Shown here one piece after another: positions 15,776 to 25,975 of a DNA stretch of 64,000 nt. Position numbers and translations under genes: made by a program. Location: NCBI GenBank assembly GCA_051886175.1, contig JBJEXV010000029.1:27029-91028 (forward strand). Direction: 5' to 3'. The notes beneath the pieces were generated by a model. That model searched no databases. It had not been told where the DNA came from and worked only from the letters and a program-made list of their open reading frames with translations. The number at the start of each line of letters is the position of its first letter. The stretch's first letter is position 1. This DNA comes from Candidatus Coprovivens sp. Lineage in GTDB: Bacteria > Bacillota_I > Bacilli_A > RF39 > UBA660.

Positions 15776-16855
15776 TTATTCCTGTATATATACCCTAGGT
15801 ACTCTTTCTGATATGTTAGATAATATTTCGTAGTTTATTGTATTACATATCTTAGCTATATCTTCTAATGTAACTAGTTTGTTATCGTATATATATACTT
15901 TATCACCTATTGATACATTTTGTAAATGAGTTACATCTACTAATATTGAATCCATACATACGTTACCTATTATAGGACATAATGTATTATTTATAATTAC
16001 ATTACCTTTGTTACTTAATGATCTACGTAAGCCGTCGGCGTATCCAATACCTAGTGTAGCTATTTTAGTTGTTTTAGTTGTTTTATATGTTTGATTATAA
16101 CTTACTGATTCATTTGCTGGTATTTCTTTTAGATAAGATATTTTAGTAATTAGTTTTGTTGTAGGTTTTAATTCTATTTTATTAGTTATTTCATCGTATG
16201 ATGGATAGCCATACATTATAATGCCTGGACGGATTGCGTTAGTTATATCTATGTTATAGTTTACTAATCCGTTTGATGCACTAGTATGGATATATTTTAT
16301 ATTAGGGTATTCTTTAATTAAAATATTATAGTATTCTTTAAATTTATTTATTTGTTTTTTAGTATATTCATCATCTGAGTCAGCCGATGAAAAGTGTGTA
16401 TATAAACCTTCTACTATAATATTATTGCTATTATGTAATGTTTTTAGTAATTCATCTAATGATTGGAAACCAGTTCTATTCATACCTGTTTCTACTTCAA
16501 TATGAATTTTAACTTGTTTATCTTGTTTAATTAGTTCTTTTAAGAAATCGATACTTGATAAACCTACTGTAATATTATTAGAGATAATATCTTCTATTTC
16601 TTCTATATATGGTTGGTTTAATACTAGTATATCTTTTTTATAACCTAATTCTCTTAAGTATAGAGCTTCTTCTACTATTGCTACTGCTACTATATTGAAT
16701 TCATTTATTATATCTAGTCTTTTATTTATATGTGTACCATAAGCATTAGCTTTTATTACTGGTATTATTTCTTTATCTTTATGTAATTTTTTTATTTCTT
16801 TTATATTATGTTTGAAATTACTTAGATTAACTTCTAAGTATGTTTGTCTTTTCAT
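15776..16855 (-). CDS. alr: alanine racemase
   Basis: PLP-lysine motif VIKANAYG, plus the typical length and C-terminal beta domain. Confidence 0.9.
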   Translation of the reverse strand: MKRQTYLEVNLSNFKHNIKEIKKLHKDKEIIPVIKANAYGTHINKRLDIINEFNIVAVAIVEEALYLRELGYKKDILVLNQPYIEEIEDIISNNITVGLSSIDFLKELIKQDKQVKIHIEVETGMNRTGFQSLDELLKTLHNSNNIIVEGLYTHFSSADSDDEYTKKQINKFKEYYNILIKEYPNIKYIHTSASNGLVNYNIDITNAIRPGIIMYGYPSYDEITNKIELKPTTKLITKISYLKEIPANESVSYNQTYKTTKTTKIATLGIGYADGLRRSLSNKGNVIINNTLCPIIGNVCMDSILVDVTHLQNVSIGDKVYIYDNKLVTLEDIAKICNTINYEILSNISERVPRVYIQE

Positions 16856-16963
16856 TGTTTCACCTTTTCTATAGAATATTATATTTATTTAAAGTAAATT
16901 ATTCAATTTAATTATTAATATTATAGTAAAGTTATGTAAAAGAAAAAGAAACCTGTTGGTTTC

Positions 16964-18157
16964 TTATTTTGTTTTTGGAAGTAAACTTAATGCATGTGGA
17001 ATTTCATCTACAATATATTCGGCCCAGATATCTTTTTCTTCTTGATCTTCTGTTGCATTAAATTCAATTAAGTATTCTTCTAGCACTTTAATACCATTTG
17101 ATACGTCTTTATAATCAGAGTTTTCTTTATCTTCAAATGTTTCTTGGTATGCTTTTAATCTTCTTAAGATATTTGATGCATGTAAAACAGGATCTGTTTG
17201 AGCGTTATATCTATCCATTTTAGCAATGAATTCGTTCAATAAACTTTCTGTTACATCAGTCTTAGATAATTTAGCTAGACATAGAATCATTTCGTCATAT
17301 GATAATGGTCGAATTGGTTCCATATTGAAAAAATCAAAATATGTTTCTAGTTCTTTGAATGTCTTTTTGATTAATCTTCTATTTACTGGTTTTATTTCAG
17401 GTATCATTGGAACTACTTTATCTACTGGGTAGATTGATTCAGCTTGTTTTTTAGCTTGTTCTTCTTTAGCTATTCTTTTATCTAATACTACTTTTAAGTA
17501 TCTACAATATTTTTTAGTTACCTCTAATGATAAACCTAAATGTAATAAAGCATCACATATAGCAATCATTTCATATTCAGTAAATGTTTCTTCTTTTGTT
17601 AAGTATCCGTTATACATTATTGTATGTTGTTTTTTTAAGTTATCTAATTCTGCTAGTTCTTTATCGTATAAACCTTCTTTAGTATTTGGTTCATATGTTT
17701 CACAAACTATACGTTGTTTTTGCATTCTAATATATGATTCAAAATATGTTGCGTCTTTTCCGTATTCTTTAATATTTTGTAAACTAAATATATTTTTATT
17801 AAAGTTATCGAATGAAAAATCGGCCGGTTGAACAATTATTTCATCATTTAATATAGCAGCTCCAATATTTCTTTTTAATACATAATTGATTATATTAAAT
17901 ACATCTTTATCTGATAAACCCTTTTCTTCTAATAGACTTGATAGGAATGCAAAGTTATCAAAGATTACATTATGTTCTAGTTCTTCTTTTGTAAATGTTA
18001 ACCATGTTGCAAATGTTCCAGATACTACAGCATCTGCCATTTGAGTTTGGCATTTTGGGTCTCTTAACATTGATAATGTATCTTTTTTGATATCAGGTAC
18101 TACTTGGTTATATTTGTTTTTTAGGATATTAAATAGTTTTTCTAATGATTTATTCAT
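16964..18157 (-). CDS. hypothetical cytoplasmic protein
   Basis: 397-aa ORF with coding-like composition. No family recognised. Confidence 0.55.
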   Translation of the reverse strand: MNKSLEKLFNILKNKYNQVVPDIKKDTLSMLRDPKCQTQMADAVVSGTFATWLTFTKEELEHNVIFDNFAFLSSLLEEKGLSDKDVFNIINYVLKRNIGAAILNDEIIVQPADFSFDNFNKNIFSLQNIKEYGKDATYFESYIRMQKQRIVCETYEPNTKEGLYDKELAELDNLKKQHTIMYNGYLTKEETFTEYEMIAICDALLHLGLSLEVTKKYCRYLKVVLDKRIAKEEQAKKQAESIYPVDKVVPMIPEIKPVNRRLIKKTFKELETYFDFFNMEPIRPLSYDEMILCLAKLSKTDVTESLLNEFIAKMDRYNAQTDPVLHASNILRRLKAYQETFEDKENSDYKDVSNGIKVLEEYLIEFNATEDQEEKDIWAEYIVDEIPHALSLLPKTK

Positions 18158-18216
18158 ATAAAAACACCCCTCTTGTTTGTGGGTGTTATTATATTATTTT
18201 ATGTATTTTATGTCAA

Positions 18217-19110
18217 TTATTGCTTATGGATTTTAGCTACGAAGAAACCTTCAAAATATTCGTTTGGACAGATTGTAATTACGTTATCTAAAGTAGATGG
18301 TAATGTTGGTAATGAAGATGTATCTAGTTCAGCTATTGGTACTAGTGATAATGAAGTATCTGTAAGAATTGATTTTAATATTTCTTCATTTTCTTCTTTT
18401 AAAATAGAACATGTTGAATATATTAATTCACCACCTGAATTCAAATGTTTTATTGCTTCAGTAATAAGTTCTTTTTGAAATTTAATTGATCTATTTACTA
18501 AATCAATATTAAAGTCTTCCATAGCTTTATCATTAGTAAGCAATGTACCTGAACCACTACAAGGAGCATCAAGAAGGATTTTATCGAATTTAAAGTATTC
18601 ATTTAGGTGTCTTGCATCTTCTTTTAAGACACTTACTTTTTTAGCTCCTTGTTTATCGATATTATATTGTAATCTTTCGCTTCTTATTTTATTTTTTTCT
18701 GTTGCTGTAATCATAGCAGTGTTGTTTGATAATGCAGCCATTTGTGTTGTTTTGCCACCTGGTGCTGCTGTCATATCTAAGATTAGTTCGTTGGATTTAG
18801 GATTTACAACTAATGGCGGTAGCATTGATGATAAACTTTGAAAGTATACTTTACCATCTTTATAAATATCTAATTTTTTTATTTTATTTAGGTCATCATT
18901 TATTATTAATACTGATTCGTACCATGTTACATTATTAAAGTTAATATTGTTTTGTTTTAATATTGAAGTTATTTCTTCATAGTTTGATTTTAATGTATTG
19001 ATACGTAATGATGATACTCTTTGTTGTTTATATCCATTAATTATTTCTTCATAATTATTTGGATATTCTAATTTAATTTTTTCTATAAGAAATTCTGGTA
19101 TTTGATACAT
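18217..19110 (-). CDS. RsmB/RsmF (NOL1/NOP2/Sun) family RNA m5C methyltransferase
   Basis: DMTAAPGGKT, DAPCSGSG and YSTCS motifs. I moved the start to MYQIPEF, which follows AGAGGTG. Confidence 0.8.
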   Translation of the reverse strand: MYQIPEFLIEKIKLEYPNNYEEIINGYKQQRVSSLRINTLKSNYEEITSILKQNNINFNNVTWYESVLIINDDLNKIKKLDIYKDGKVYFQSLSSMLPPLVVNPKSNELILDMTAAPGGKTTQMAALSNNTAMITATEKNKIRSERLQYNIDKQGAKKVSVLKEDARHLNEYFKFDKILLDAPCSGSGTLLTNDKAMEDFNIDLVNRSIKFQKELITEAIKHLNSGGELIYSTCSILKEENEEILKSILTDTSLSLVPIAELDTSSLPTLPSTLDNVITICPNEYFEGFFVAKIHKQ

Positions 19111-19149
19111 GGTTTCACCTCTAGTAAAGTATAACATAAAAAGAACAAA

Positions 19150-19692
19150 TCAATTAAGATTTGTTCTATAAATGTTTGCATAGTCTTTTAGGATGCCAGA
19201 ATATTCTAAGTTGACTCCAGGCATTGTACGGAAGTTTTCTGGTCGAATTAGTTCTGGTAATCCTGTTTCTATTTGTGAATCTTCTAATATGTGTTTTACA
19301 AATTCGGCACAATAGAAGCATTTATTTTTTTTAATTTTTTTATTGAATGCTATTGCAAATAATCCTAAGATATTGAAGCTATATTCATTTTTATGTCTTT
19401 TAATACGAGCGATAGCTTTTTTTATCTTTTTATATTGTCCTTCTGTTACAGTTAGTGAGTATACTTCAACACCAGCATTTTCGAAGCGTTTAAATGTTCC
19501 AAAATTTGGTGATTCTCTGGTAAATCCTCCCCACCAAGGGATATATGGATTTAATCTTCCAAAACTATACATTTGGTTTAGTTCTTTATCTAGCGATATT
19601 GAACTATGAGAATATTCATCTTTTGTATATGTTCTTATTATTCTAGCTAAGTATGTTGTAGTACTAGTTAGAACTATGTATACTTTCTTCAT
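19150..19692 (-). CDS. YiiX/C92-like permuted papain-fold protein
   Basis: His precedes Cys (YSHSSISL ... FYCAEFV), the permuted NlpC/P60 arrangement. Confidence 0.45.
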   Translation of the reverse strand: MKKVYIVLTSTTTYLARIIRTYTKDEYSHSSISLDKELNQMYSFGRLNPYIPWWGGFTRESPNFGTFKRFENAGVEVYSLTVTEGQYKKIKKAIARIKRHKNEYSFNILGLFAIAFNKKIKKNKCFYCAEFVKHILEDSQIETGLPELIRPENFRTMPGVNLEYSGILKDYANIYRTNLN

Positions 19693-19740
19693 GTTATCAC
19701 TCACTACTCTAATAACATTATACAATATTTAATTTTTAAT

Positions 19741-19987
19741 TTAAATATTAATTTCTAGCAGCCCGTCAACTCCAATTGTTTCTTTTAACTATTCTACTGC
19801 TACTTTAGAACATACGAACGCTGATTTTAAGCGGATATCACATACTTTATCAAATTCTTCAATTGGATGTTCAGTTAATGGCGTTCTTGATGATACACCA
19901 GCATTGTTATCTAAGAATTTTTTGCTATGTCAAAACCTATTCCTTTTGTTCCTCCTGTGATGATTGCAACTTTGTCTTTTAACATAT
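19741..19987 (-). pseudogene. remnant of an SDR (FabG-like) gene
   Basis: The sequence reads MLKDKVAIITGGTKGIGFDIAKN, then a stop. A shifted frame continues FLDNNAGVSSRTPLTEHPIEEFDKVCDIRLKSAFVCSKVAVE. The region between the cofactor loop and NNAG is deleted, and the remnant is truncated. Confidence 0.6.
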
Positions 19988-20001
19988 TAATTCCTTCTTT
20001 T

Positions 20002-21762
20002 TTATTTATCAATAATACCTATTTGTTTCATTAAGTATTTTGCATTTGTTTTTGTACACATGCCATCTTTTATTTTGTAATCAAATGATATTTTATTTTC
20101 GTTATATTGTTCTTCAAAGTGATAGTTATATACTTTTTTATTATCTATTTCACATAGTTCAAAGTCATGTGTTGTAATTAGAACAATGCAATTTAATTTA
20201 GATAATTTTTTAATTATCTCTTTAGCTCCTAGTATTCTATCTTTGTAGTTAGTTCCTTTAAATATTTCATCTATAAAGACAATTATAGGATTTGTATTTG
20301 ATTTAGAGTATTCTAAGATTTTTTCTATACGAAGTAGTTCGCCATAGAATGTTGAAATGCCTGCTTCAATATCATCGGTTACTCTAATGGATGTAAATAT
20401 TTTATTTATACTTGATTCAAAATGTGATGCATTAACGTATGATCCGTTATACATTAAGATTAAGTTAATAGCTATGGTACGCATAAATGATGTTTTACCA
20501 CTCATATTTGAACCGGTAATTATATTAATATCGTCTTTACAATTAAAGTTATTAGTTATACATTTTGATTCAGATAATAATGGATGAGCGATATCTTTGA
20601 TATTTAGTTTTATATCTTTAGATATTATCGGTAATGTAACATTATCTTTTATTAATGGTATTGTGGTAAAACTAATTAAGTTTTCTAATTCAGTAATATT
20701 ATTAGTTGTCGTTTTTAATGTATCACTATTTAATGTAATTAATTTATTGTATTTATATAATGTAATTATATTTAGTGACATAATACCATTTAAGATTACA
20801 TTAGTAATAAAGTTATATCTAAAACCATCTAAGTTACATGTTTTATCTAATTCTTTAATTATTTGTTCACTTGATGATAGTTCATTTTGTATTTTAGATA
20901 TTTTTTTACTTTTAAAATTATATTTATTTAATATAGGAAAGATATCTTTATAATCTATGAATGCTCTTCCACATTTAGATATATTATTAAATTCGTTACT
21001 ATATTTAAATTGATATATATAAGATATTATTAATTGAATTATTAAAGTTATTATAAAGAATCTTATATTTATTATATTAAATATACCTAGTAATAGAATT
21101 ATATCTGTTATGATAGCAGTTATAATACCGAATATTAATTCTTTTTTAGATATGTGTTTATCTTCACTTAAGATAGTTAAACTTTTTGTATAATCTTTTT
21201 CTTCTATCTTTTTTATATTATTTATTGTACGTATGTAATCTAGAATGAATTCTGGATTGTTTTTTAGTTCAGTAATTGCTTCTTGATTAGTTAATATATC
21301 TTTTTCTTTTGTATTTGGTTCGATTATTTTTTTTATTAAACTTTTTTTACTATTAATACTTTTAGATATGTTAATTAGTTGGAATAATGAGTTTTTACCT
21401 ACTAAGTCTAAGTCAGTAGCTAGATCATTTATTAGTAAGTTATCTCCACTATCGAATTCTTTCCATTCACTACTTCTTCTTTGTTCATATGTATTAATGA
21501 TATCTAAGTATTCTTGATACATATTTTCTTTTTTTATAATACCTTCATGGAAGAATACTACTATAAAGAAGATAGTTAGTAAGATAAATGCAATTAAACT
21601 TAGTAAGGGATTTTCTAAGAATTGGCATTTAATACTGATACTGATTATTAGTATTATAGTAAATATTATTAATCTAATGTTTGATAATGTATTAGATTTT
21701 TTTGTTTGTTCTTGTTTTAATATTGTATATTTATCTCTTAATTTAATTAATTCTTTAAACAT
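20002..21762 (-). CDS. MutS-related ATPase (MutS domain V only) with N-terminal transmembrane region
   Basis: Walker A ITGSNMSGKTSFMRT and Walker B FIDEIFKGTN, with four predicted TM helices in the first half. No mismatch-binding domain. Confidence 0.75.
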   Translation of the reverse strand: MFKELIKLRDKYTILKQEQTKKSNTLSNIRLIIFTIILIISISIKCQFLENPLLSLIAFILLTIFFIVVFFHEGIIKKENMYQEYLDIINTYEQRRSSEWKEFDSGDNLLINDLATDLDLVGKNSLFQLINISKSINSKKSLIKKIIEPNTKEKDILTNQEAITELKNNPEFILDYIRTINNIKKIEEKDYTKSLTILSEDKHISKKELIFGIITAIITDIILLLGIFNIINIRFFIITLIIQLIISYIYQFKYSNEFNNISKCGRAFIDYKDIFPILNKYNFKSKKISKIQNELSSSEQIIKELDKTCNLDGFRYNFITNVILNGIMSLNIITLYKYNKLITLNSDTLKTTTNNITELENLISFTTIPLIKDNVTLPIISKDIKLNIKDIAHPLLSESKCITNNFNCKDDINIITGSNMSGKTSFMRTIAINLILMYNGSYVNASHFESSINKIFTSIRVTDDIEAGISTFYGELLRIEKILEYSKSNTNPIIVFIDEIFKGTNYKDRILGAKEIIKKLSKLNCIVLITTHDFELCEIDNKKVYNYHFEEQYNENKISFDYKIKDGMCTKTNAKYLMKQIGIIDK

Positions 21763-21817
21763 ATTATCACCTATTTAATTATAGCATAGAATAAAAAAAG
21801 ACAAATGAATTTGTCTT

Positions 21818-23242
21818 TTAATTTACGTCTTTATATGAAGATAATGTAACAGTTACTTCTTCTTGTTTCCAGTTTCCTGTTCTACTTTCATATAGAAGTG
21901 TTATTTTTACTTTATCCCCGGCTTGTTTATCTGTTAAATGGTTTTCGATTACTTCGAATGATGTTACTTCTTTACCATCTATTTGTGTAATGATGTCATA
22001 TACTTGAATACCAGCTTTTTCTGCTCCACTACCCTTAACTACATTAGTTATATAGAAACCAACTGGTAGTTTTGATTCTTTTGCAGTTTCGGCATCATTC
22101 ATGTAACCAGATACACCAAGATATCCACGTTTATCTTCTGGTAGTGTTTCGCCATTCATTAATTTTGTAATTAAATCAGTTACATCAGATATTGGTATTG
22201 CAAATCCCATACCTTCGATGCTTGCTTCTGATGTATAACCGCTTGATGAGTATTTAGCTGAGTTAATACCAATTACTTCTCCTGATGCATTTAGTAATGC
22301 TCCTCCTGAGTTACCACCATTTATAGCAGCATCAATTTGAATCATATCGTTTTTCATGTTATCGATTGATACAGTTCTATTTAAAGCACTGATTACACCA
22401 GTTGTTACTGATTGACCATAACCCAATGCATTACCGATTGCTATTACTCCGTTACCTACTTTTAATTTAGTTGAATCACCCATTGTTGCGATTTTAATAG
22501 CGTTTGCTGTTTCTTCATCAATGTCACTCAATGGAATTGAGATAATTGCGATATCTCTAGCTGCAGATGCACCTTTGATTGTTGCATTGATACTTTTTTC
22601 ATTTATAAATTGGACGCTAAGTTTATCAGCACCTTCTACTACGTGATTGTTTGTTAGGATTAATAATTCTGTATCTGATTTAGATACGATGATACCTGAA
22701 CCCGCTCCTGTTGAATATGATTCACCATTAAAGAAACTTGGTCCAAACATTCCTGAATTAATTAATGTTTCACTAGTAATTGCTACAATTGAAGGCATTA
22801 CATTTTCAACTACGTTTGATACGTCAGTAATTACTACACCATCTACTTTGTTTTCGATTGTTTCTGTATATTGTAATTGAACATCTGCTGCTGTAGTTTT
22901 ATTTCCTTTATCGTTGATAAAGTTTACTACTGCCATAAATGCTACTATGATTAGTGCTATTGCAATGATTAATAATAGAATGGCTATAATTGCAGAACGC
23001 TTATTAGATTTCTTTTCTTCTTTTAACACTTCTTTAGGGTCATATGATAGAGGTTCTACTGCTATAACTGGTTCTTCCTTAACTTCAACCGGTTCTTCAA
23101 TAGGTTCTTCTATATCATCTAAAGCTTTTTCTACTTCTTCTTTTATATCTTCTTTTGGTTCTTCTTTAATTTCTTCTACTTTAATATCTTTTACTTTTGG
23201 TTTTGTTTTTGTTACTTTTTTTTCTTCTGTTTTTTCTGCCAT
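21818..23242 (-). CDS. htrA: HtrA/DegP-family serine protease with PDZ domain
   Basis: Catalytic triad context TNNHVV, DIAII and GNSGGAL. It has a TM anchor and an acidic N-terminal tail. Confidence 0.9.
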   Translation of the reverse strand: MAEKTEEKKVTKTKPKVKDIKVEEIKEEPKEDIKEEVEKALDDIEEPIEEPVEVKEEPVIAVEPLSYDPKEVLKEEKKSNKRSAIIAILLLIIAIALIIVAFMAVVNFINDKGNKTTAADVQLQYTETIENKVDGVVITDVSNVVENVMPSIVAITSETLINSGMFGPSFFNGESYSTGAGSGIIVSKSDTELLILTNNHVVEGADKLSVQFINEKSINATIKGASAARDIAIISIPLSDIDEETANAIKIATMGDSTKLKVGNGVIAIGNALGYGQSVTTGVISALNRTVSIDNMKNDMIQIDAAINGGNSGGALLNASGEVIGINSAKYSSSGYTSEASIEGMGFAIPISDVTDLITKLMNGETLPEDKRGYLGVSGYMNDAETAKESKLPVGFYITNVVKGSGAEKAGIQVYDIITQIDGKEVTSFEVIENHLTDKQAGDKVKITLLYESRTGNWKQEEVTVTLSSYKDVN

Positions 23243-23323
23243 ATTAATTCTCCTTCTAGTACTATTTCATTATACTATTGTTTTGTGGTATTTTTGTGAA
23301 AAAAATGCACAAAAAAAAGGAAA

Positions 23324-23854
23324 TTATACATTTCCTTGTCTCATTGAAGCAACCTTTTTATCAAACTCATCACGTTTTATTTTTCTTTCTGCATCCATTT
23401 TTAATGAGTATTGATATGATTCTTCATCTTTATATATTTCTAGAGTATGTCCTACTCCTACTGATAATACTTGATCTGGTCTAAAGTTAAGTCTTCTTAG
23501 TTCTTTTACATCATAACTATTTTCTTTTCTTTTACTATATAATAAGAATTGCAATTTTTTATTTAAGTTTTTTGGCGCTTGTGGAAGTATTCCGTAGAAA
23601 TATCTTTGCATCCAACGGAATTGTTCTCCAGTGATTAGCTTTAATTCATAGGCTGTTCTTGCTCTATTTAGATAGTATTCTAATTTTTCAATCATTTCTT
23701 TTTCACGGATTAGGATTAATCTTTCGAAATGTGGATCAATCATTGAACAAATTTCTTCGCCTTCCTCGGCTCCTGTGAATGAGGGTAATGTTATTCTATC
23801 AGTTTTATCTATTTTAAGTATAGTTTGGCCTACTATTGGATTTTCTCCGAACAT
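23324..23854 (-). CDS. divergent MraZ-like (SpoVT/AbrB-fold) protein
   Basis: IDKTDRITLPSF aligns with the MraZ motif IDEKGRLIIPAKF, and VLSVGVGHTLEIYKDEESY aligns with VIIGANDRLEIWSEENW of the mraZ product in this window. Confidence 0.45.
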   Translation of the reverse strand: MFGENPIVGQTILKIDKTDRITLPSFTGAEEGEEICSMIDPHFERLILIREKEMIEKLEYYLNRARTAYELKLITGEQFRWMQRYFYGILPQAPKNLNKKLQFLLYSKRKENSYDVKELRRLNFRPDQVLSVGVGHTLEIYKDEESYQYSLKMDAERKIKRDEFDKKVASMRQGNV

Positions 23855-23912
23855 AAAAAATACCCCCTTCTCTTGGGAGTATTTTATTATATTTCGCTGT
23901 TTTAGTCAAAAT

Positions 23913-24461
23913 TTAGTATAGTTCTTCAGGTTCTTCAGGTTCAGGAATAATTTCTATATTTTCGTCTTCTTTAGTATCTATAGCTTCATACTCTATACCA
24001 TAAGCTGATAATCTAGATATTTCAACATAACCACCTAATAATGCATCTTGAAGTAACATAGTTGATTTATCATTGAATATTACTTCTACATACATACTTT
24101 TTTCACATGGGAAATAGTATTCCATATTATCTTCTTTATGGAACATTTCTTTTTCTGCTCCTACTGCACATTCTTCTGAATTATCTACAATACGAACTAC
24201 ATCGAAGTTTCTTTCTCTTTCGGCTGCATCTAATTCGCTATAATATTCTACTGATTTAAAGTTTTTGGGGAAGAAATATACATCTCTACCTGTTTTATAT
24301 CCATCTTCGTATGTAATATTTTCTTCATGCCAATCAATTATTTTGTATGTAAGAGAATTATATACTACTGTACCTCCATCATCTTTAGTTGATTTAATTG
24401 GCACTACTAAGATAATTATTACTGCTAATATTATTAATGTTATTTTTAATTTTTTGTTCAT
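23913..24461 (-). CDS. hypothetical secreted/anchored protein
   Basis: N-terminal signal/anchor and an acidic C-terminus. I moved the start to the ATG that follows AGAGGTG. Confidence 0.5.
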   Translation of the reverse strand: MNKKLKITLIILAVIIILVVPIKSTKDDGGTVVYNSLTYKIIDWHEENITYEDGYKTGRDVYFFPKNFKSVEYYSELDAAERERNFDVVRIVDNSEECAVGAEKEMFHKEDNMEYYFPCEKSMYVEVIFNDKSTMLLQDALLGGYVEISRLSAYGIEYEAIDTKEDENIEIIPEPEEPEELY

Positions 24462-24493
24462 TTTTAACACCTCTATTTATTTATTATATCATA

Positions 24494-25909
24494 TTATTGA
24501 TTAATAATTGATAAATAAATGTTATATAAATCTTTTTTATCTAATTTAATTGGATGATTAGATAATCTATTTAAATCTACCCCATCTACTAAGTAATCTA
24601 TTTCGTTTTCTTTTAGATTTGGATTTTGTAATCGTAATGATTTTATTAAGTTATCTATTTTATTTATTGATCCTTCTATAGTATCAGTTCCAATTATATT
24701 AGATAGTTCTTCTAACATAAGTTTTGTATTGTCATCTTTTCTTTCATTTATTAGTTTCCAATTAGATATTAGGTTTAAACTTACAGCATGACCATGAGCT
24801 ATATTATATTTTGTAGTAAGTCGATAACACATTGTATGAGGGGCTGTTGTTTTAGCTAATGTAATTGCTCTACCACTTAAGTTAGCTGCTAATTGAATAG
24901 CTTTTAAACTATTATCATCATTATCTAAGTATGCTTGATAGTTATCTATAATGAGTTTAATACTTTGTTTTGAATATTTTTTAGATAATGAAGTTCTATT
25001 TTTAGACCATATTGCTTCAATACTTTGACATAAGGCATCTAGCATAGTACATTTCTTTTGGTAATCTGGTACTGATTTAAGTAAGTTATGATCTAATATT
25101 GCATAGTTAGGTATATCTGAAGGATGATCTACTGATAGTTTTTCTCCTTTATAATACATTATTGCTACTTCAGTAGATTCACTGCCTGTACCAGAAGTAG
25201 TTGGTATAGCAATTAGTTTTATAGGACTATATTTATAGTTTTTATTTATTATATCTTGTTCATCTTTTATGTTAGTAAATGCTTTTATGCATTTGGCTGT
25301 ATCTATTGTTGAACCACCACCAATTGCTATTATTGTATTTGATTTACTATTTATAAACAATTCTTTACCTTTAATGATATCTTCATATGATGGATTTGGG
25401 TGGTAGTCGTTAAATACTATGTAATTTTTAGTTATATTAGATATTTTATTTGATATGTTATGTGTCATTGATTTAGAAGATACTATGAATACTGGTTCGT
25501 TTTTATTAATTATATCTTTTAATGTATTGTAGTAATCTTCTGTAGTTATTATTTGTTGATTACATAGATCATATATACGTAGTTCTTTATTTAATATATC
25601 TTTATTATTATCATTAATAGTATTTATATATGTATTATTATAGTTATTTGTAATACGATATGTATTATGTTTATTTAATTCAAGTAAGTTGATTGTTTCT
25701 TCTTTATTAAGATAGTTATGTAAGAGTTGATTGTTAAAGATAAGATTATTTTCTATTATTATAGTTGGTTTAGTTATGTTAGATGGCAATGTATTAGAGA
25801 TAGTATAAGATATGTTATTTTCATTTAATAATCTTATTATTCTATCAGTAGTTGTTTCACCATTATATAATGTTATGTCTTTATGTAAGTTTAGTATTAT
25901 TGCTTGCAT
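24494..25909 (-). CDS. iron-containing alcohol dehydrogenase family protein with about 100-aa Asn-rich N-terminal extension
   Basis: IIAIGGGSTIDTAKC and the His-rich metal site (HTMCY, AHGHAV) in the C-terminal ~360 aa. Confidence 0.75.
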   Translation of the reverse strand: MQAIILNLHKDITLYNGETTTDRIIRLLNENNISYTISNTLPSNITKPTIIIENNLIFNNQLLHNYLNKEETINLLELNKHNTYRITNNYNNTYINTINDNNKDILNKELRIYDLCNQQIITTEDYYNTLKDIINKNEPVFIVSSKSMTHNISNKISNITKNYIVFNDYHPNPSYEDIIKGKELFINSKSNTIIAIGGGSTIDTAKCIKAFTNIKDEQDIINKNYKYSPIKLIAIPTTSGTGSESTEVAIMYYKGEKLSVDHPSDIPNYAILDHNLLKSVPDYQKKCTMLDALCQSIEAIWSKNRTSLSKKYSKQSIKLIIDNYQAYLDNDDNSLKAIQLAANLSGRAITLAKTTAPHTMCYRLTTKYNIAHGHAVSLNLISNWKLINERKDDNTKLMLEELSNIIGTDTIEGSINKIDNLIKSLRLQNPNLKENEIDYLVDGVDLNRLSNHPIKLDKKDLYNIYLSIINQ

Positions 25910-25975
25910 TATATCAACCCTATTCTTTTATATTATTTTACCATATTTAGTGATATAAAAAAAGTAAACTTTTGT

